From Betaproteobacteria bacterium (lineage in GTDB: Bacteria > Pseudomonadota > Gammaproteobacteria > Burkholderiales > SG8-41), in the NCBI GenBank assembly GCA_046339595.1, contig JBKDUF010000096.1, forward strand, positions 18,207 through 82,206: a stretch of 64,000 bases of DNA, read 5' to 3'. Position 1 is the first letter of the stretch; every line of letters begins with the position of its first letter. A model generated the notes under the pieces. It did not search any database. It was not told where the DNA came from and saw nothing but the letters and a program-made list of their open reading frames with translations. Below are positions 10,935 through 20,202 of the stretch, piece by piece. The position numbers were made by a program, and so were the translations under genes.

Positions 10935-11522
10935 ATGCGCAAAACCTGCACCCTGATCCTTGCCCTGCTGCTTTGCGGCGGCGCCCAGGCCGCCCAGCTT
11001 TACCGCTGGGTTGACGACAAGGGCCGCGTCGAATGGCGCGACACGCCGCCGCCGCCCAACGCCAAGAAGGTAGAGCGCCGCAGCGTTGGCGGCAGCGTGG
11101 TCGAAACCTCGACCCTGCCCTTCAGCGTGCAGCAGGCGATGCAGAACTTCCCGCTGGTGCTCTATGTCACCGACTGCGGTGAAGGCTGCACCAAGGCGCG
11201 TGAACACCTCAACCGCCGCGGCCTGCCCTATACCGAGCGTAACCCTCAGGACGATTTCGAGGCCTTTCGCAAACTCACCGATGGCCGGGTCGAGGTGCCG
11301 CTGCTTTTCGTCGGCCGCCAGGCTTTGCGCGGCTACGAGCAGGGCGCCTGGGATACGGCACTCGACGCAGCGGGTTACCCGCGCGTGGTGATCGGCGCCA
11401 AGCCCCAGCCCAAGCCCGCGCCGGCGGCCAAACCGCCCGCAGCGGCCCCAGCCGGCGAAGCCGCGGCCGCGCCTGCAGCAGGCACACCAGCTGCAGCAGC
11501 CACCCCGCCCGCCACCCCTTGA
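10935..11522 (+). CDS. DUF4124 domain / glutaredoxin-like secreted protein with Ala/Pro-rich tail
   Basis: Signal peptide MRKTCTLILALLLCGGAQA, DUF4124-like LYRWVDDKGRVEWRDTPPPP, and a glutaredoxin-like VLYVTDCGEGCTKAREHL. Confidence 0.7.
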   Translation: MRKTCTLILALLLCGGAQAAQLYRWVDDKGRVEWRDTPPPPNAKKVERRSVGGSVVETSTLPFSVQQAMQNFPLVLYVTDCGEGCTKAREHLNRRGLPYTERNPQDDFEAFRKLTDGRVEVPLLFVGRQALRGYEQGAWDTALDAAGYPRVVIGAKPQPKPAPAAKPPAAAPAGEAAAAPAAGTPAAAATPPATP

Positions 11523-12286
11523 AGCTTGCCACCTGGAACGTCAACTCGCTGAAGGTCCGGCTGCCGCAGGTGCTGGACTGGCTGGCACAACACCGGCCCG
11601 ATGTGCTGTGCCTGCAGGAAACCAAGCTCGAGGATGCGAACTTCCCGCGCGCCGAACTGGAAGCCGCCGGTTACCAGGCTGCTTTCAGCGGCCAGAAAAC
11701 CTACAACGGCGTCGCCATCCTCAGCCGCAAGCCGGTGACGGAGGTCATCACCGGCATACCCGGCTACGCCGACCCGCAGAAGCGGGTGATCGCGGCCACG
11801 CTCGACGGTGTGCGCGTGGTCTGCGGCTACATGCCCAACGGTGAATCGGTGGAATCCGACAAATACCGTTACAAGCTTGAATGGTATGCCGCGCTCACCG
11901 GATGGCTGCGGGACGAGCTGCAGCGCCACCCGAAACTCGCCCTGCTTGGAGACTTCAACATCGCTCCGGCGGATGCCGATGTGCATGACCCGCAGGCCTG
12001 GGCCGGGAAGGTGCTGTGCAGCGAGCCTGAACGCGCGGCCTTCGGCGCCCTGGTGGCGCTGGACCTGTCCGACACCTTCCGCCAGTTCCAGCAGCCAGAG
12101 CGTTCGTATTCGTGGTGGGATTACCGGATGAATGCCTTCCGCCGCAAGATGGGCCTGCGCATCGACCACATCCTCGCCTCGAAACCGCTGGCGGCGACCT
12201 GCACGTCAGCGCTCATTGACACCGCACCCCGCGGCAACGAACGGCCTTCGGACCACGCGCCGGTGGTGGCCGAATTCTCGGCCTGA
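11519..12286 (+). CDS. xthA: Exodeoxyribonuclease III
   Basis: MKLATWNVNSLKVRL..., LCLQETK and C-terminal SDHAPVVAEF match the EEP nuclease family. The TTG start overlaps the upstream stop. Confidence 0.9.
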   Translation: MKLATWNVNSLKVRLPQVLDWLAQHRPDVLCLQETKLEDANFPRAELEAAGYQAAFSGQKTYNGVAILSRKPVTEVITGIPGYADPQKRVIAATLDGVRVVCGYMPNGESVESDKYRYKLEWYAALTGWLRDELQRHPKLALLGDFNIAPADADVHDPQAWAGKVLCSEPERAAFGALVALDLSDTFRQFQQPERSYSWWDYRMNAFRRKMGLRIDHILASKPLAATCTSALIDTAPRGNERPSDHAPVVAEFSA

Positions 12287-12293
12287 CGGGCGC

Positions 12294-13697
12294 TTACGCG
12301 TCCTCGCCGCGCCCCGGCTCGAGCTTCAGTTCCTGGATCTTGCGGGTCAGCGTGTTGCGCCCCAGGCCCAGCAGCTGTGCCGCCTCGATGCGGCGCCCGC
12401 CGGTCTGCGCCAGCGCCTTCAGGATCAGCGTGCGCTCGAACTGGCGGGTGAGCTCTTCCATGATGGCGGTCTCGCCGCGGTGCAGGCGCAACTCGGCCTC
12501 CCGGCCCAGCGCCGTCGCCCAGTCCTCGCCGCCGGCCGGCACTGCTTCGCTGCGCATTTCCGGCGGCAGGTCCTTGACCTCGATCATCGCCGCCGGCGCC
12601 ATCACCGTCAGCCAGTGGCAGAGATTCTCGAGCTGGCGCACGTTGCCGGGCAGTTCCTGCATCGACAGGTAGTTGAGCGTCGCCTCTGAAAGCCGTTTCG
12701 GCTCGACACCGAGTTCGCGCGCGCTTTTCTGCAGGAAATGCCGGGCCAGCAGCGGAATGTCCTCACGCCGCTCGCGCAGCGGTGGCAGGCGCAGCCGGAT
12801 CACGTTGAGGCGGTGAAACAGGTCTTCGCGGAACAGCCCCTGTTTCACCCGCGCATCGAGGTCCTGGTGGGTTGCCGCGATCACCCGTACATTGGCCTTG
12901 ATCGGCTGATGGCCGCCGACGCGGTAGAAATGGCCGTCGGAGAGCACGCGCAGCAGACGTGTCTGCAGCTCCTGCGGCATGTCGCCGATCTCATCGAGAA
13001 ACAGCGTGCCGCCCTCGGCCTGCTCGAAACGGCCGCGGCGCATGTTCTGGGCGCCGGTGAAAGCCCCGCGCTCATGACCGAACAATTCGGACTCCAGCAA
13101 CTCCTTCGGGATCGCGGCGGTGTTGATGGCGATGAACGGCCGGCCGGCGCGGGGACTGTGGCGGTGCAGCGCACTGGCCACCAGTTCCTTGCCGCTGCCC
13201 GATTCGCCGGTGATCAGCACCGTGGCGTGCGACTGCGAAAGGCGGCCGATGGCACGGAACACTTCCTGCATCGCCGGCGCCTGGCCCAGCATTTCCGGCA
13301 TCGATTCGACAACTTCGCCGGCCGAATCCTGGCGTACGCTCTCGTCCATCGCGCGGCGGATCAACTCCACCGCATGATCGACATCAAAGGGCTTGGGCAG
13401 GTACTCGTAGGCCCCGCCCTGGAAGGCGGTGACCGCGCTTTCGAGGTCGGAATACGCGGTCATGATGATTACCGGCAGCGATGGATGCCGCGCCTTCGCC
13501 TGCTGCAGCAGTTCGAGCCCGGACTCGCCGGGCATGCGGATGTCGCTCACCACCACCTGCGGGATTTCCTCGTCGAGCGCGGCCAGCGCATCGCGGGCCG
13601 AGGCAAAGGCCTTGAACGCGATGTTCTCCCGGGTCAGCGCCTTTTCGAACACCCAGCGGATGGAACGATCGTCATCAATGATCCAGACAGGTTTCAT
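12294..13697 (-). CDS. ntrC: Nitrogen regulation protein NR(I), sigma54-dependent response regulator NtrC
   Basis: Receiver domain ([20 protein letters not shown]), AAA+ Walker [15 protein letters not shown] loop (ERGAFTGA) and a C-terminal HTH. Adjacent to ntrB and glnA. Confidence 0.93.
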   Translation of the reverse strand: MKPVWIIDDDRSIRWVFEKALTRENIAFKAFASARDALAALDEEIPQVVVSDIRMPGESGLELLQQAKARHPSLPVIIMTAYSDLESAVTAFQGGAYEYLPKPFDVDHAVELIRRAMDESVRQDSAGEVVESMPEMLGQAPAMQEVFRAIGRLSQSHATVLITGESGSGKELVASALHRHSPRAGRPFIAINTAAIPKELLESELFGHERGAFTGAQNMRRGRFEQAEGGTLFLDEIGDMPQELQTRLLRVLSDGHFYRVGGHQPIKANVRVIAATHQDLDARVKQGLFREDLFHRLNVIRLRLPPLRERREDIPLLARHFLQKSARELGVEPKRLSEATLNYLSMQELPGNVRQLENLCHWLTVMAPAAMIEVKDLPPEMRSEAVPAGGEDWATALGREAELRLHRGETAIMEELTRQFERTLILKALAQTGGRRIEAAQLLGLGRNTLTRKIQELKLEPGRGEDA

Positions 13698-13714
13698 GAT
13701 TTCGCTTCTTTCGG

Positions 13715-14806
13715 TCAGTGCTGCATGGCGGGCCGGGCATCATCCTGCACCGGTAACAGCAGCGTGAAACAGGTTTTTCCGGGCACGCTGTCGAACGTGA
13801 TTGCGCCGCGGTGCTGGGTAGTGAAGTTGTGCGCGATGGTAAGGCCAAGCCCGCTGCCACCCTCGCGCCCGGAGATCAGCGGCTGGAACACGCGCTCGCG
13901 CATGTTCTCCGGTATGCCCGGACCGTTGTCGCAGATGTCGATCTGCACCGCGTGACGGTAACGGCGGCGCACCAGCGTCACCTGGCGGGCAATGCGGGTG
14001 CGCAGACGGATTTCGCCGTTACTCATGCCGGCGCCCTTGATTGCCTGGGCGGCGTTGCGCACGATGTTGAGTGCCACCTGGATCAGCTGTTCCCGGTCGC
14101 CGGTGAGTGTCGGCAGGCTGGTGTCGTAATCGCGGCGCACGGCGATGCCCGGAAACTCGGCCAGCATCACGCTGCGTACGCGCTCGAGTACCTCGTGGAT
14201 GTTGACCGGCCCTGGCAGTGGCAGCCGGTGCGGCGTCAGCAGGCGGTCCATCAGCGACTGCAGGCGGTCCGACTCCTTGATGATGACCTGGGTGTATTCG
14301 TGCAGACCGGGCCGCTCCAGTTCGCGGTCAAGCAGCTGCGCTGCACCCCGGATGCCGCCGAGCGGATTCTTGATTTCGTGCGCGAGGTTGCGGATCAGGT
14401 CGCGGTGCGCTTGGCTCTGTTCAAGCATGCGGGCTTCGCGTTCGATGCGAAGCTGGCGGTCAATCTGGCGGAACTCGAGCAGCATCGCCTGCGCGCCGCC
14501 AGGCAGTTCGGCCGGGCATACGGTGCAGGCCAGATTCAGCCGCTGCTTGGCCAGGCATACTTCAAGCTCGTGCTCGGTATAGGCGGAATGGTTGACGCGC
14601 GATTGCTGGATCGCCGCATCCAGCACCGCATTTTCGCCGAGCAGGCGGTCCAGCGTGAGCATGGCCACGCTGGAGTGGGACAACTCGAACAGGTTTTCGG
14701 CAGAAGGATTCATGTACACCACGGAGTGTTCGTCATCAATGACGATCACCGCGGTGGCCAGCAGGTCAAGACCGGCCAGCGGGCCCGCCAGCACGGCCGC
14801 ATTCAT
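13715..14806 (-). CDS. ntrB: Nitrogen regulation sensor histidine kinase NtrB (NR-II)
   Basis: Internal ATG (residue 70 of ORF 13715..15013) gives MNAAVLAGPL.... Has a PAS-like N-terminus, H-box HEIKNPLGGIRGAAQLL, and DNGPGIP and GSGLGL boxes. Confidence 0.9.
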   Translation of the reverse strand: MNAAVLAGPLAGLDLLATAVIVIDDEHSVVYMNPSAENLFELSHSSVAMLTLDRLLGENAVLDAAIQQSRVNHSAYTEHELEVCLAKQRLNLACTVCPAELPGGAQAMLLEFRQIDRQLRIEREARMLEQSQAHRDLIRNLAHEIKNPLGGIRGAAQLLDRELERPGLHEYTQVIIKESDRLQSLMDRLLTPHRLPLPGPVNIHEVLERVRSVMLAEFPGIAVRRDYDTSLPTLTGDREQLIQVALNIVRNAAQAIKGAGMSNGEIRLRTRIARQVTLVRRRYRHAVQIDICDNGPGIPENMRERVFQPLISGREGGSGLGLTIAHNFTTQHRGAITFDSVPGKTCFTLLLPVQDDARPAMQH

Positions 14807-14870
14807 CGATGCACTCCGCTGGGCCCGGCAAGGTGCAGGCCAGCCACGGCGCGGCAGGACGCCGCGCGAT

Positions 14871-15356
14871 TCAGCGCAGTGAGGAAATTTCCTTGCGCAG
14901 GTTGGCGATGTTGTTCTCGTGCAGCGCGACCTTCCTGCGGAACGGTTCGAGCCGCTCGAGCACGCGCTGGTAATTGCGCTCGTTGCCCAGGCGCACGGCT
15001 TCCTGTTCGGCAAGATCGCGCCGTGCCTGTTCTAGCAGGCGCTCCTCGTTGGCCAGTTCCTGTTCGAGGATCTTGCGCCGGCCGTTGTCGCGTTGCTGCT
15101 GGGTCGAGGGATCGACCTTCGGAAAATCGCCGCTGCCGGCTGCCGACGGCGGCGGCTTGCCCGGTGTTGCTGCCGGCTTGGGCGCAGGCACCGTGCTCAG
15201 CTGGGGCAGGTTCATCGGCTTGCAGCCGGCCGCCTCGGATTTGACGTTGGTGAAGCGTTTGTTGCCGTCGCGGTCGATGCACTCCCAGATCTCGGCCTGG
15301 GCCGGGATGCTCAGGGCGCACAACAGCAACAGCCAGAAAGATCGGGGATTGCGCAT
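14871..15356 (-). CDS. DUF4124 domain-containing secreted protein (between glnA and ntrB)
   Basis: Start at internal ATG 15356 gives MRNPRSFWLLLLCALSIPAQA (signal peptide). This is followed by IWECIDRDGNKRFTN (DUF4124-like) and a coiled-coil-like charged C-terminus. Confidence 0.7.
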   Translation of the reverse strand: MRNPRSFWLLLLCALSIPAQAEIWECIDRDGNKRFTNVKSEAAGCKPMNLPQLSTVPAPKPAATPGKPPPSAAGSGDFPKVDPSTQQQRDNGRRKILEQELANEERLLEQARRDLAEQEAVRLGNERNYQRVLERLEPFRRKVALHENNIANLRKEISSLR

Positions 15357-15501
15357 CAGCAGCCTCGGGGTGACCTGCAGCCAGCGCCGGAGCTGCGCCA
15401 GCGGGCGGCTTGGGCACGCCATCTTTGGGCAACATGGGATTGGCTCGCTAAGTCTATGTCAGCAAAGGAAAAGTGGCAATCAAGCCGGGCTGCCCCGGCC
15501 G

Positions 15502-15534
15502 AAAACAAAAGGGCGGGCACCAGCCCGCCCTTTT
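15502..15534 (-). terminator. Rho-independent terminator downstream of glnA
   Basis: GGGCGGGC-ACCA-GCCCGCCC stem-loop (15511-15530). It is followed on the minus strand by TTTTGTTTTC, 17 nt after the glnA stop. Confidence 0.8.
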
Positions 15535-15550
15535 GCCCCGGCTCAGACCA

Positions 15551-16963
15551 TCAGAGGCTGTAGTACAGCTGGAACTCCAGCGGGTGCGTGGTCATGCGGA
15601 ACGCGGTGACTTCCTCCATCTTGAGTGCGATGTAGGCGTCGATCATGTCGTTCGAGAACACGCCGCCACGGGTCAGGAACTCGCGATCCTTGTCGAGATA
15701 GTCGAGCGCCATGTCCAGCGACGAACACACGGCCGGCACCTTTTTCGCCTCTTCCGGCGGCAGGTCATAGAGGTTCTTGTCCACGGCATCACCCGGGTGA
15801 ATCTTGTTCTGGATACCGTCGAGACCGGCCATCATCATCGCGGTGAACGCCAGGTACGGGTTCGCTGTCGGATCGGGGAAGCGCACTTCGATGCGGCGCG
15901 CCTTGGGGCTCGCCACGTGCGGGATGCGGATCGATGCCGAACGATTGCGCGCCGAGTAGGCGAGGTTGATCGGCGCCTCGAAGCCGGGCACCAGTCGCTT
16001 GTACGAATTCGTGCCGGGATTGGTGATCGCATTCAGCGCACGGGCGTGCTTGATGATGCCGCCGATGTAATACAGCGCGAGTTCGGAAAGACCGGCGTAG
16101 CCGTTGCCGCTGAACAGGTTCTGGCCGCCCTTCCAGATCGACTGGTGCACGTGCATGCCCGAGCCGTTGTCGCCGACCACGGGTTTCGGCATGAAGGTCG
16201 CGGTCTTGCCATAGGAATGCGCGACGTTGTGCACGGTGTACTTGAGGATCTGGTTCCAGTCGGCGCGTTTGACCAGGCTGGCGAACAGGGTGCCGATCTC
16301 GCACTGGCCGGGGGCCGCGACCTCGTGGTGATGCACTTCAACCGGCACGCCCTGCTCTTCCAGCGCAAGGCACATCGCGGAGCGGATGTCCTGCAGGGAA
16401 TCGACCGGGGGCACCGGGAAATAGCCGCCCTTGACCGGCGGACGATGACCCATGTTGCCGCCATCGTTTTCCTCTTCCGAGGACCACGGGGCTTCGGCAG
16501 TCTTGATTTTGACCGAGGCGCCGGACATGTCGACGCGCCAGGTGACCGAGTCAAAAATGAAAAATTCGGGTTCCGGGCCGAAATAGGCGGTGTCGCCGAT
16601 GCCGGTGGATTTGAGGTAAGCCTCGCCGCGTTTGGCGATCGAGCGCGGATCGCGGTCATAGCCCTTGCCGTCCGAAGGCTCGATCACATCGCAGGTCAGG
16701 ATCATCGTGGCTTCGTCGGTAAACGGATCCATGCGCGCGGTGCCCGGGTCCGGCATCAGCAACATGTCCGAGGCCTGGATGCCCTTCCAGCCGGCAATCG
16801 AAGAGCCATCAAAGGCATGGCCGTCGGTGAACTTGTCCTCGCCAAAGACCTTGGTCGGCACCGAAACATGCTGTTCCTTGCCGCGGGTATCGGTAAAACG
16901 CAGGTCAACGAACTTGACTTCGTTGTCCTTCAGCATCTTCATGACTTCGGCGCTACTGGCCAT
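15551..16963 (-). CDS. glnA: Glutamine synthetase type I
   Basis: 470 aa with FDGSSI and [17 protein letters not shown]. The adenylylation-site context is [18 protein letters not shown] upstream. Confidence 0.97.
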   Translation of the reverse strand: MASSAEVMKMLKDNEVKFVDLRFTDTRGKEQHVSVPTKVFGEDKFTDGHAFDGSSIAGWKGIQASDMLLMPDPGTARMDPFTDEATMILTCDVIEPSDGKGYDRDPRSIAKRGEAYLKSTGIGDTAYFGPEPEFFIFDSVTWRVDMSGASVKIKTAEAPWSSEEENDGGNMGHRPPVKGGYFPVPPVDSLQDIRSAMCLALEEQGVPVEVHHHEVAAPGQCEIGTLFASLVKRADWNQILKYTVHNVAHSYGKTATFMPKPVVGDNGSGMHVHQSIWKGGQNLFSGNGYAGLSELALYYIGGIIKHARALNAITNPGTNSYKRLVPGFEAPINLAYSARNRSASIRIPHVASPKARRIEVRFPDPTANPYLAFTAMMMAGLDGIQNKIHPGDAVDKNLYDLPPEEAKKVPAVCSSLDMALDYLDKDREFLTRGGVFSNDMIDAYIALKMEEVTAFRMTTHPLEFQLYYSL

Positions 16964-17017
16964 TCTGATTCTCCTAACGATTGCTGATTAAGGGAAAAAT
17001 GCTCCACCAACATTATG

Positions 17018-17033
17018 AGCAGGATATGTACCA
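17018..17033 (-). promoter_or_regulatory. sigma54 (-24/-12) promoter, glnAp2-like
   Basis: The minus strand reads TGGTAC-ATATC-CTGCT versus consensus TGGCAC-N5-TTGCW, with GG and GC correctly spaced. It sits roughly 40-45 nt of leader before the glnA ATG. Confidence 0.7.
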
Positions 17034-17094
17034 AGGCAGTGCATTGCTAAGTACCTGAGCGCAATGGCCAAAATAATGCGGGCAAGGCCAGCGC

Positions 17095-17111
17095 TGCACC
17101 ATATATGTGCA
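17095..17111. promoter_or_regulatory. NtrC binding site (enhancer) 1
   Basis: TGCACC-ATATA-TGTGCA versus consensus TGCACC-N5-GGTGCA (1 mismatch). Roughly 95-100 bp upstream of the inferred sigma54 start. Confidence 0.7.
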
Positions 17112-17124
17112 ACAAATTCCATGA

Positions 17125-17141
17125 CGCACAATTATAGTGCA
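17125..17141. promoter_or_regulatory. NtrC binding site (enhancer) 2
   Basis: CGCACA-ATTAT-AGTGCA (9/12 half-site matches). Centre about 30 bp from site 1. Overlaps the sigma70-like -10 box. Confidence 0.55.
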
Positions 17142-17159
17142 TTTTGAAAGCCCTGTCGC
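17131..17159 (-). promoter_or_regulatory. sigma70 promoter candidate, glnAp1-like
   Basis: The minus strand reads GCGACA-17 bp-TATAAT. The -10 box is embedded in NtrC site 2, analogous to the enteric glnAp1/p2 arrangement. Confidence 0.45.
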
Positions 17160-17339
17160 ACCAGCGCAATCCGGCAGAGCGCATCATTTTTGCCACTTTC
17201 CGGGTCATGTGGCCACGGAGGAATCCCCCGCGCCTTAAATCGGTGCGCAAGTCACCGAAGGGCCTGAAGCGGCCCACTCACCTCGTCCGGGTCTGCGCTG
17301 ACAGGTCGGACTGTCACCGGCAATTTTGGCAGACGGCCT

Positions 17340-18293
17340 TCAATGCCGGAAAGCGGCGCGAAACGCAGCCAGAAAACTGTCCAGTTCCGCCGCCGGCAGG
17401 GCATTGATGCCTGCCGCAGCCTCGCGCCCGCCACCGCCAAAAGCGCTGCACAACGCTTCCGCGCCCTGTGGCCTCGAGCGCGGCGCCCGCACGCTGATGA
17501 CATAGCAATCCCCGCGCGCGACCAGCACCGCATGGGCACGGCCCGGCGCAGACTGGGCAAGGCGATTGCCATGGACGCCATTGACGCGCCGGCTCCATGC
17601 CGCGTCGGGCAGCACCACGGCCGCGGCATGCTCGTCGGCGAACAGCAGCGGCAGCTCTTCGGCGCGGGCCAGATCCTCGGCACCGGCATGCTTGAGCACC
17701 TCGAAAACCGGTTCGTCGTAAATGAAATGGCGCGGATCGCGATAGGGGGCCAGGGCACGGTACAGGTCGGCCGGGTGGTAGTGCAGGTCGTCCACGGTTT
17801 CCCCGTAGGCGTTGTAGTTGAGTGCCTCGCCCAGCTCGTGCAGCCGCGCAAGCTCGGTATGATCCAGTTGCAGCGGCTGTGCGGCACGGATTGCCGACTC
17901 CACCAGGTTGTCGCCAAATGCCGCGACTACGGCCCACAGCCGGAATTTGCCGGAGAGGTGGCGGTCGACAATGAGACTGGTGCAGACATCGTGGGCAGTA
18001 TCAATGTAGCCGTGGAATCGCGGATGCTGCGGCAGCTCGCCGGCAAAATGGTGATCGAAATAGTGGACCTCCGCGCCATCGGCGAGCGCGCGCTCAACTC
18101 CGCGCGCATTTGCGCGCAGTGAAATGTCCAGCACGGTCAGGCAATCGCCTGCGCGAGCCGCGACGCGTTCGGTCAGCAGGGTGTCGCGCTTGACCCCGGT
18201 CACCAGCTCGGACTCGCGCGGCGTGTCAAGGCGCAGCTGATGCAGCGCGCAAATGCCGTCGGCGTCGCCGTTGAAGATGTCGTAGAATTTCAT
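17340..18293 (-). CDS. DHH-family phosphoesterase-like protein
   Basis: Start at internal ATG 18293 (MKFYDIFNGDADGICALHQL). Carries DxD (DADG), DHH (YFDHHFAG) and a GGGG...AAG DHHA1-like motif. Specific function unknown. Confidence 0.6.
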   Translation of the reverse strand: MKFYDIFNGDADGICALHQLRLDTPRESELVTGVKRDTLLTERVAARAGDCLTVLDISLRANARGVERALADGAEVHYFDHHFAGELPQHPRFHGYIDTAHDVCTSLIVDRHLSGKFRLWAVVAAFGDNLVESAIRAAQPLQLDHTELARLHELGEALNYNAYGETVDDLHYHPADLYRALAPYRDPRHFIYDEPVFEVLKHAGAEDLARAEELPLLFADEHAAAVVLPDAAWSRRVNGVHGNRLAQSAPGRAHAVLVARGDCYVISVRAPRSRPQGAEALCSAFGGGGREAAAGINALPAAELDSFLAAFRAAFRH

Positions 18294-18295
18294 CG

Positions 18296-19429
18296 ATGAT
18301 GCAGGATTACGCAGCGGAACTCGCCGCGGATCGGATGCCGCAGCACGCAAGGCCGCGCGCGCATCGCATTGCAGCGATGGCTGCGCTAGCTTACAGCCTG
18401 GTCATCGTCTACGCCAGCCTGCAGCCGTTCAGCGGATGGCGCGCCATCGCGCTGCATCCCGGGGCCTTCCTCGCTGCGCCGTGGCCGCGCTGGATCACGC
18501 TGGAAGACATCGGTTTCAATTTCGCCGCCTATCTGCCGCTCGGCTTCCTCCTGGTCATCGCGCTGCGCAGGGGCCTCACCGCCGCCTCCGCGGTGCTGGC
18601 CTCGGCGCTGCTCTGCGCGCTGCTCAGCCTGTCCCTGGAGACCGCGCAGCAATACCTGCCGGTCCGTTTTGCCTCCAACCTCGACCTGCTGGTGAACACC
18701 ATTGGCGGTGCGACCGGGGCATTGATCGCTCCGCTGTTTGCCCCGGACCGTCCGCTCGGCGGCCCGCTCGCGCGTACGCGCAGCCGAGTGTTCGTCGACG
18801 GGGCCCGTGGCGACGCGGTGCTGGTGCTCGCCGGGCTGTGGCTGTTCACGCAGCTGCACGGGTCGCCGCTGATCCTCGGCAACGGTGACCTGCGCGCGAC
18901 GCTGGGCCTCGCGGAAGGGCATCTGCGCTACGCACCCGAGACCTACCGCTACGCCGAGGCCGCGGTGGTGATGCTCAATGTCGCCGGGGCGGTGATGCTG
19001 CTGTCCTGCGCCGCGCGAGTGGTTGATACGGCTTTCTGGCGCGCGGCGGCACTGCTGCTGATCGCCGCAATGGGGGTCAAAACGCTCGCGGCGGTGTTCA
19101 TCCTGCGCGCAGCAACCCCGTGGCTGTGGCTGACACCGGGCTTGCTCATCGGCATGGCCGCGGCGCTGGTGCTGCTGCTCGCGCTGCTGCGGCTGCCGCC
19201 GCGCGGCCGCGCCGCTGCGGCGCTGCTGCTGACCGTGGCCGCGCTGCTGCTGGTCAACAGCCTGCCGGAAAATCCTTATCGTGCGGCGCCGCTGCACCTG
19301 CTGCCTGGACGCGGCGGCCACGTACTCAGTTTTGCCAACATCGCACGTGCGCTGTCCGAACTGTGGCCGCTGCTCGCCGCGCTGCTGTTGCTGACCCTGC
19401 TGCCCGGGCGCGTGTCCGGTCAGCGCTGA
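18296..19429 (+). CDS. VanZ-like family membrane protein
   Basis: The N-terminal VIVYASLQPFSGWR and LETAQQYLPVRFASNLDLLVNTIGG resemble the VanZ domain, followed by extra C-terminal TM segments. Start uncertain (alternatives 18335, 18377). Confidence 0.5.
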   Translation: MMQDYAAELAADRMPQHARPRAHRIAAMAALAYSLVIVYASLQPFSGWRAIALHPGAFLAAPWPRWITLEDIGFNFAAYLPLGFLLVIALRRGLTAASAVLASALLCALLSLSLETAQQYLPVRFASNLDLLVNTIGGATGALIAPLFAPDRPLGGPLARTRSRVFVDGARGDAVLVLAGLWLFTQLHGSPLILGNGDLRATLGLAEGHLRYAPETYRYAEAAVVMLNVAGAVMLLSCAARVVDTAFWRAAALLLIAAMGVKTLAAVFILRAATPWLWLTPGLLIGMAAALVLLLALLRLPPRGRAAAALLLTVAALLLVNSLPENPYRAAPLHLLPGRGGHVLSFANIARALSELWPLLAALLLLTLLPGRVSGQR

Positions 19430-19443
19430 GAGGAGAGTCCCGC

Positions 19444-19827
19444 TTGCCTGCCAGAAAAAAGCCGCCCAGCTGGTCGCAATTGCTGCTCGCGCAGCGCCGT
19501 TTCGCCGAGGCCCGCGATTGGCAGCCGTTCCACACCCCGAAGAACCTGGCCATGGCACTGTCGGTCGAAGCCGCGGAGCTGGTCGAGTGCTTCCAGTGGC
19601 TGACACCGGAACAGAGCGTCCGGCTCGGCGCGCGCGAACGGCGTGCCGTGGAGCAGGAGTTGGCCGACGTGCTGCTCTACCTGCTGCGACTCTCGGACGT
19701 GCTCGGTGTCGACCTGCCGCAGGCAGCCCGGCGCAAGATGGCCGTCAACGCGCGCAAATACCCGGTCGCGCTGGCCCGCGGCTCGGCGCGCAGGGCAGCG
19801 GCGCTGCGGCAAAGGTCGCGGGTATAA
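19444..19827 (+). CDS. MazG-like nucleotide pyrophosphohydrolase
   Basis: TTG start after GAGGAGAG. FHTPKNLAMALSVEAAELVECFQW...ELADVLLYLLRLSD matches the MazG EExxE/D helix pattern. It is the last part of ORF 19120..19827. Confidence 0.7.
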   Translation: MPARKKPPSWSQLLLAQRRFAEARDWQPFHTPKNLAMALSVEAAELVECFQWLTPEQSVRLGARERRAVEQELADVLLYLLRLSDVLGVDLPQAARRKMAVNARKYPVALARGSARRAAALRQRSRV

Positions 19828-19832
19828 TCCGC

Positions 19833-19838
19833 GCTTTG
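19833..19838 (+). promoter_or_regulatory. Candidate -10 box (TATAAT) for the ferredoxin gene
   Basis: GGTATAATCCGCGCTTTG lies 24 nt before the ATG at 19863. The same 16-mer context recurs at 50574. Confidence 0.4.
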
Positions 19839-19862
19839 CTGAACGCGGCACGCCGAATTCGG

Positions 19863-20171
19863 ATGAGTCATTTCAAGCACCATGTGTTCTTCTGCTGCAA
19901 CCAGCGCGAACCCGGCGCGAACTGCTGCAACAACCACGGCGCCTCGGACCTGCGCGATTACGCCAAAAAAAAGGTCAAGGCGATGGGGCTTTCCGGCGCG
20001 GGCAAGGTGCGCATCAACCAGGCCGGCTGCCTCGACCGTTGCGACCAGGGCCCGGTGATGGTGGTCTATCCGGAAGCGGTCTGGTACACCTACGTCGACC
20101 GTGAGGACATCGACGAAATCCTGTACGAGCACCTGCAGCACGGACGCGTCGTCGAGCGCCTCAAGATCTGA
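19863..20171 (+). CDS. (2Fe-2S) ferredoxin, thioredoxin-like fold
   Basis: MSHFKHHVFFCCNQREPGANCCNNHGA...AGCLDRCDQGPVMVVYPE. The Cys pattern is typical of thioredoxin-like [2Fe-2S] ferredoxins. Confidence 0.8.
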   Translation: MSHFKHHVFFCCNQREPGANCCNNHGASDLRDYAKKKVKAMGLSGAGKVRINQAGCLDRCDQGPVMVVYPEAVWYTYVDREDIDEILYEHLQHGRVVERLKI

Positions 20172-20202
20172 ACGCCGGCAGCACCGGCCCCCGCCCTCCA
20201 GC

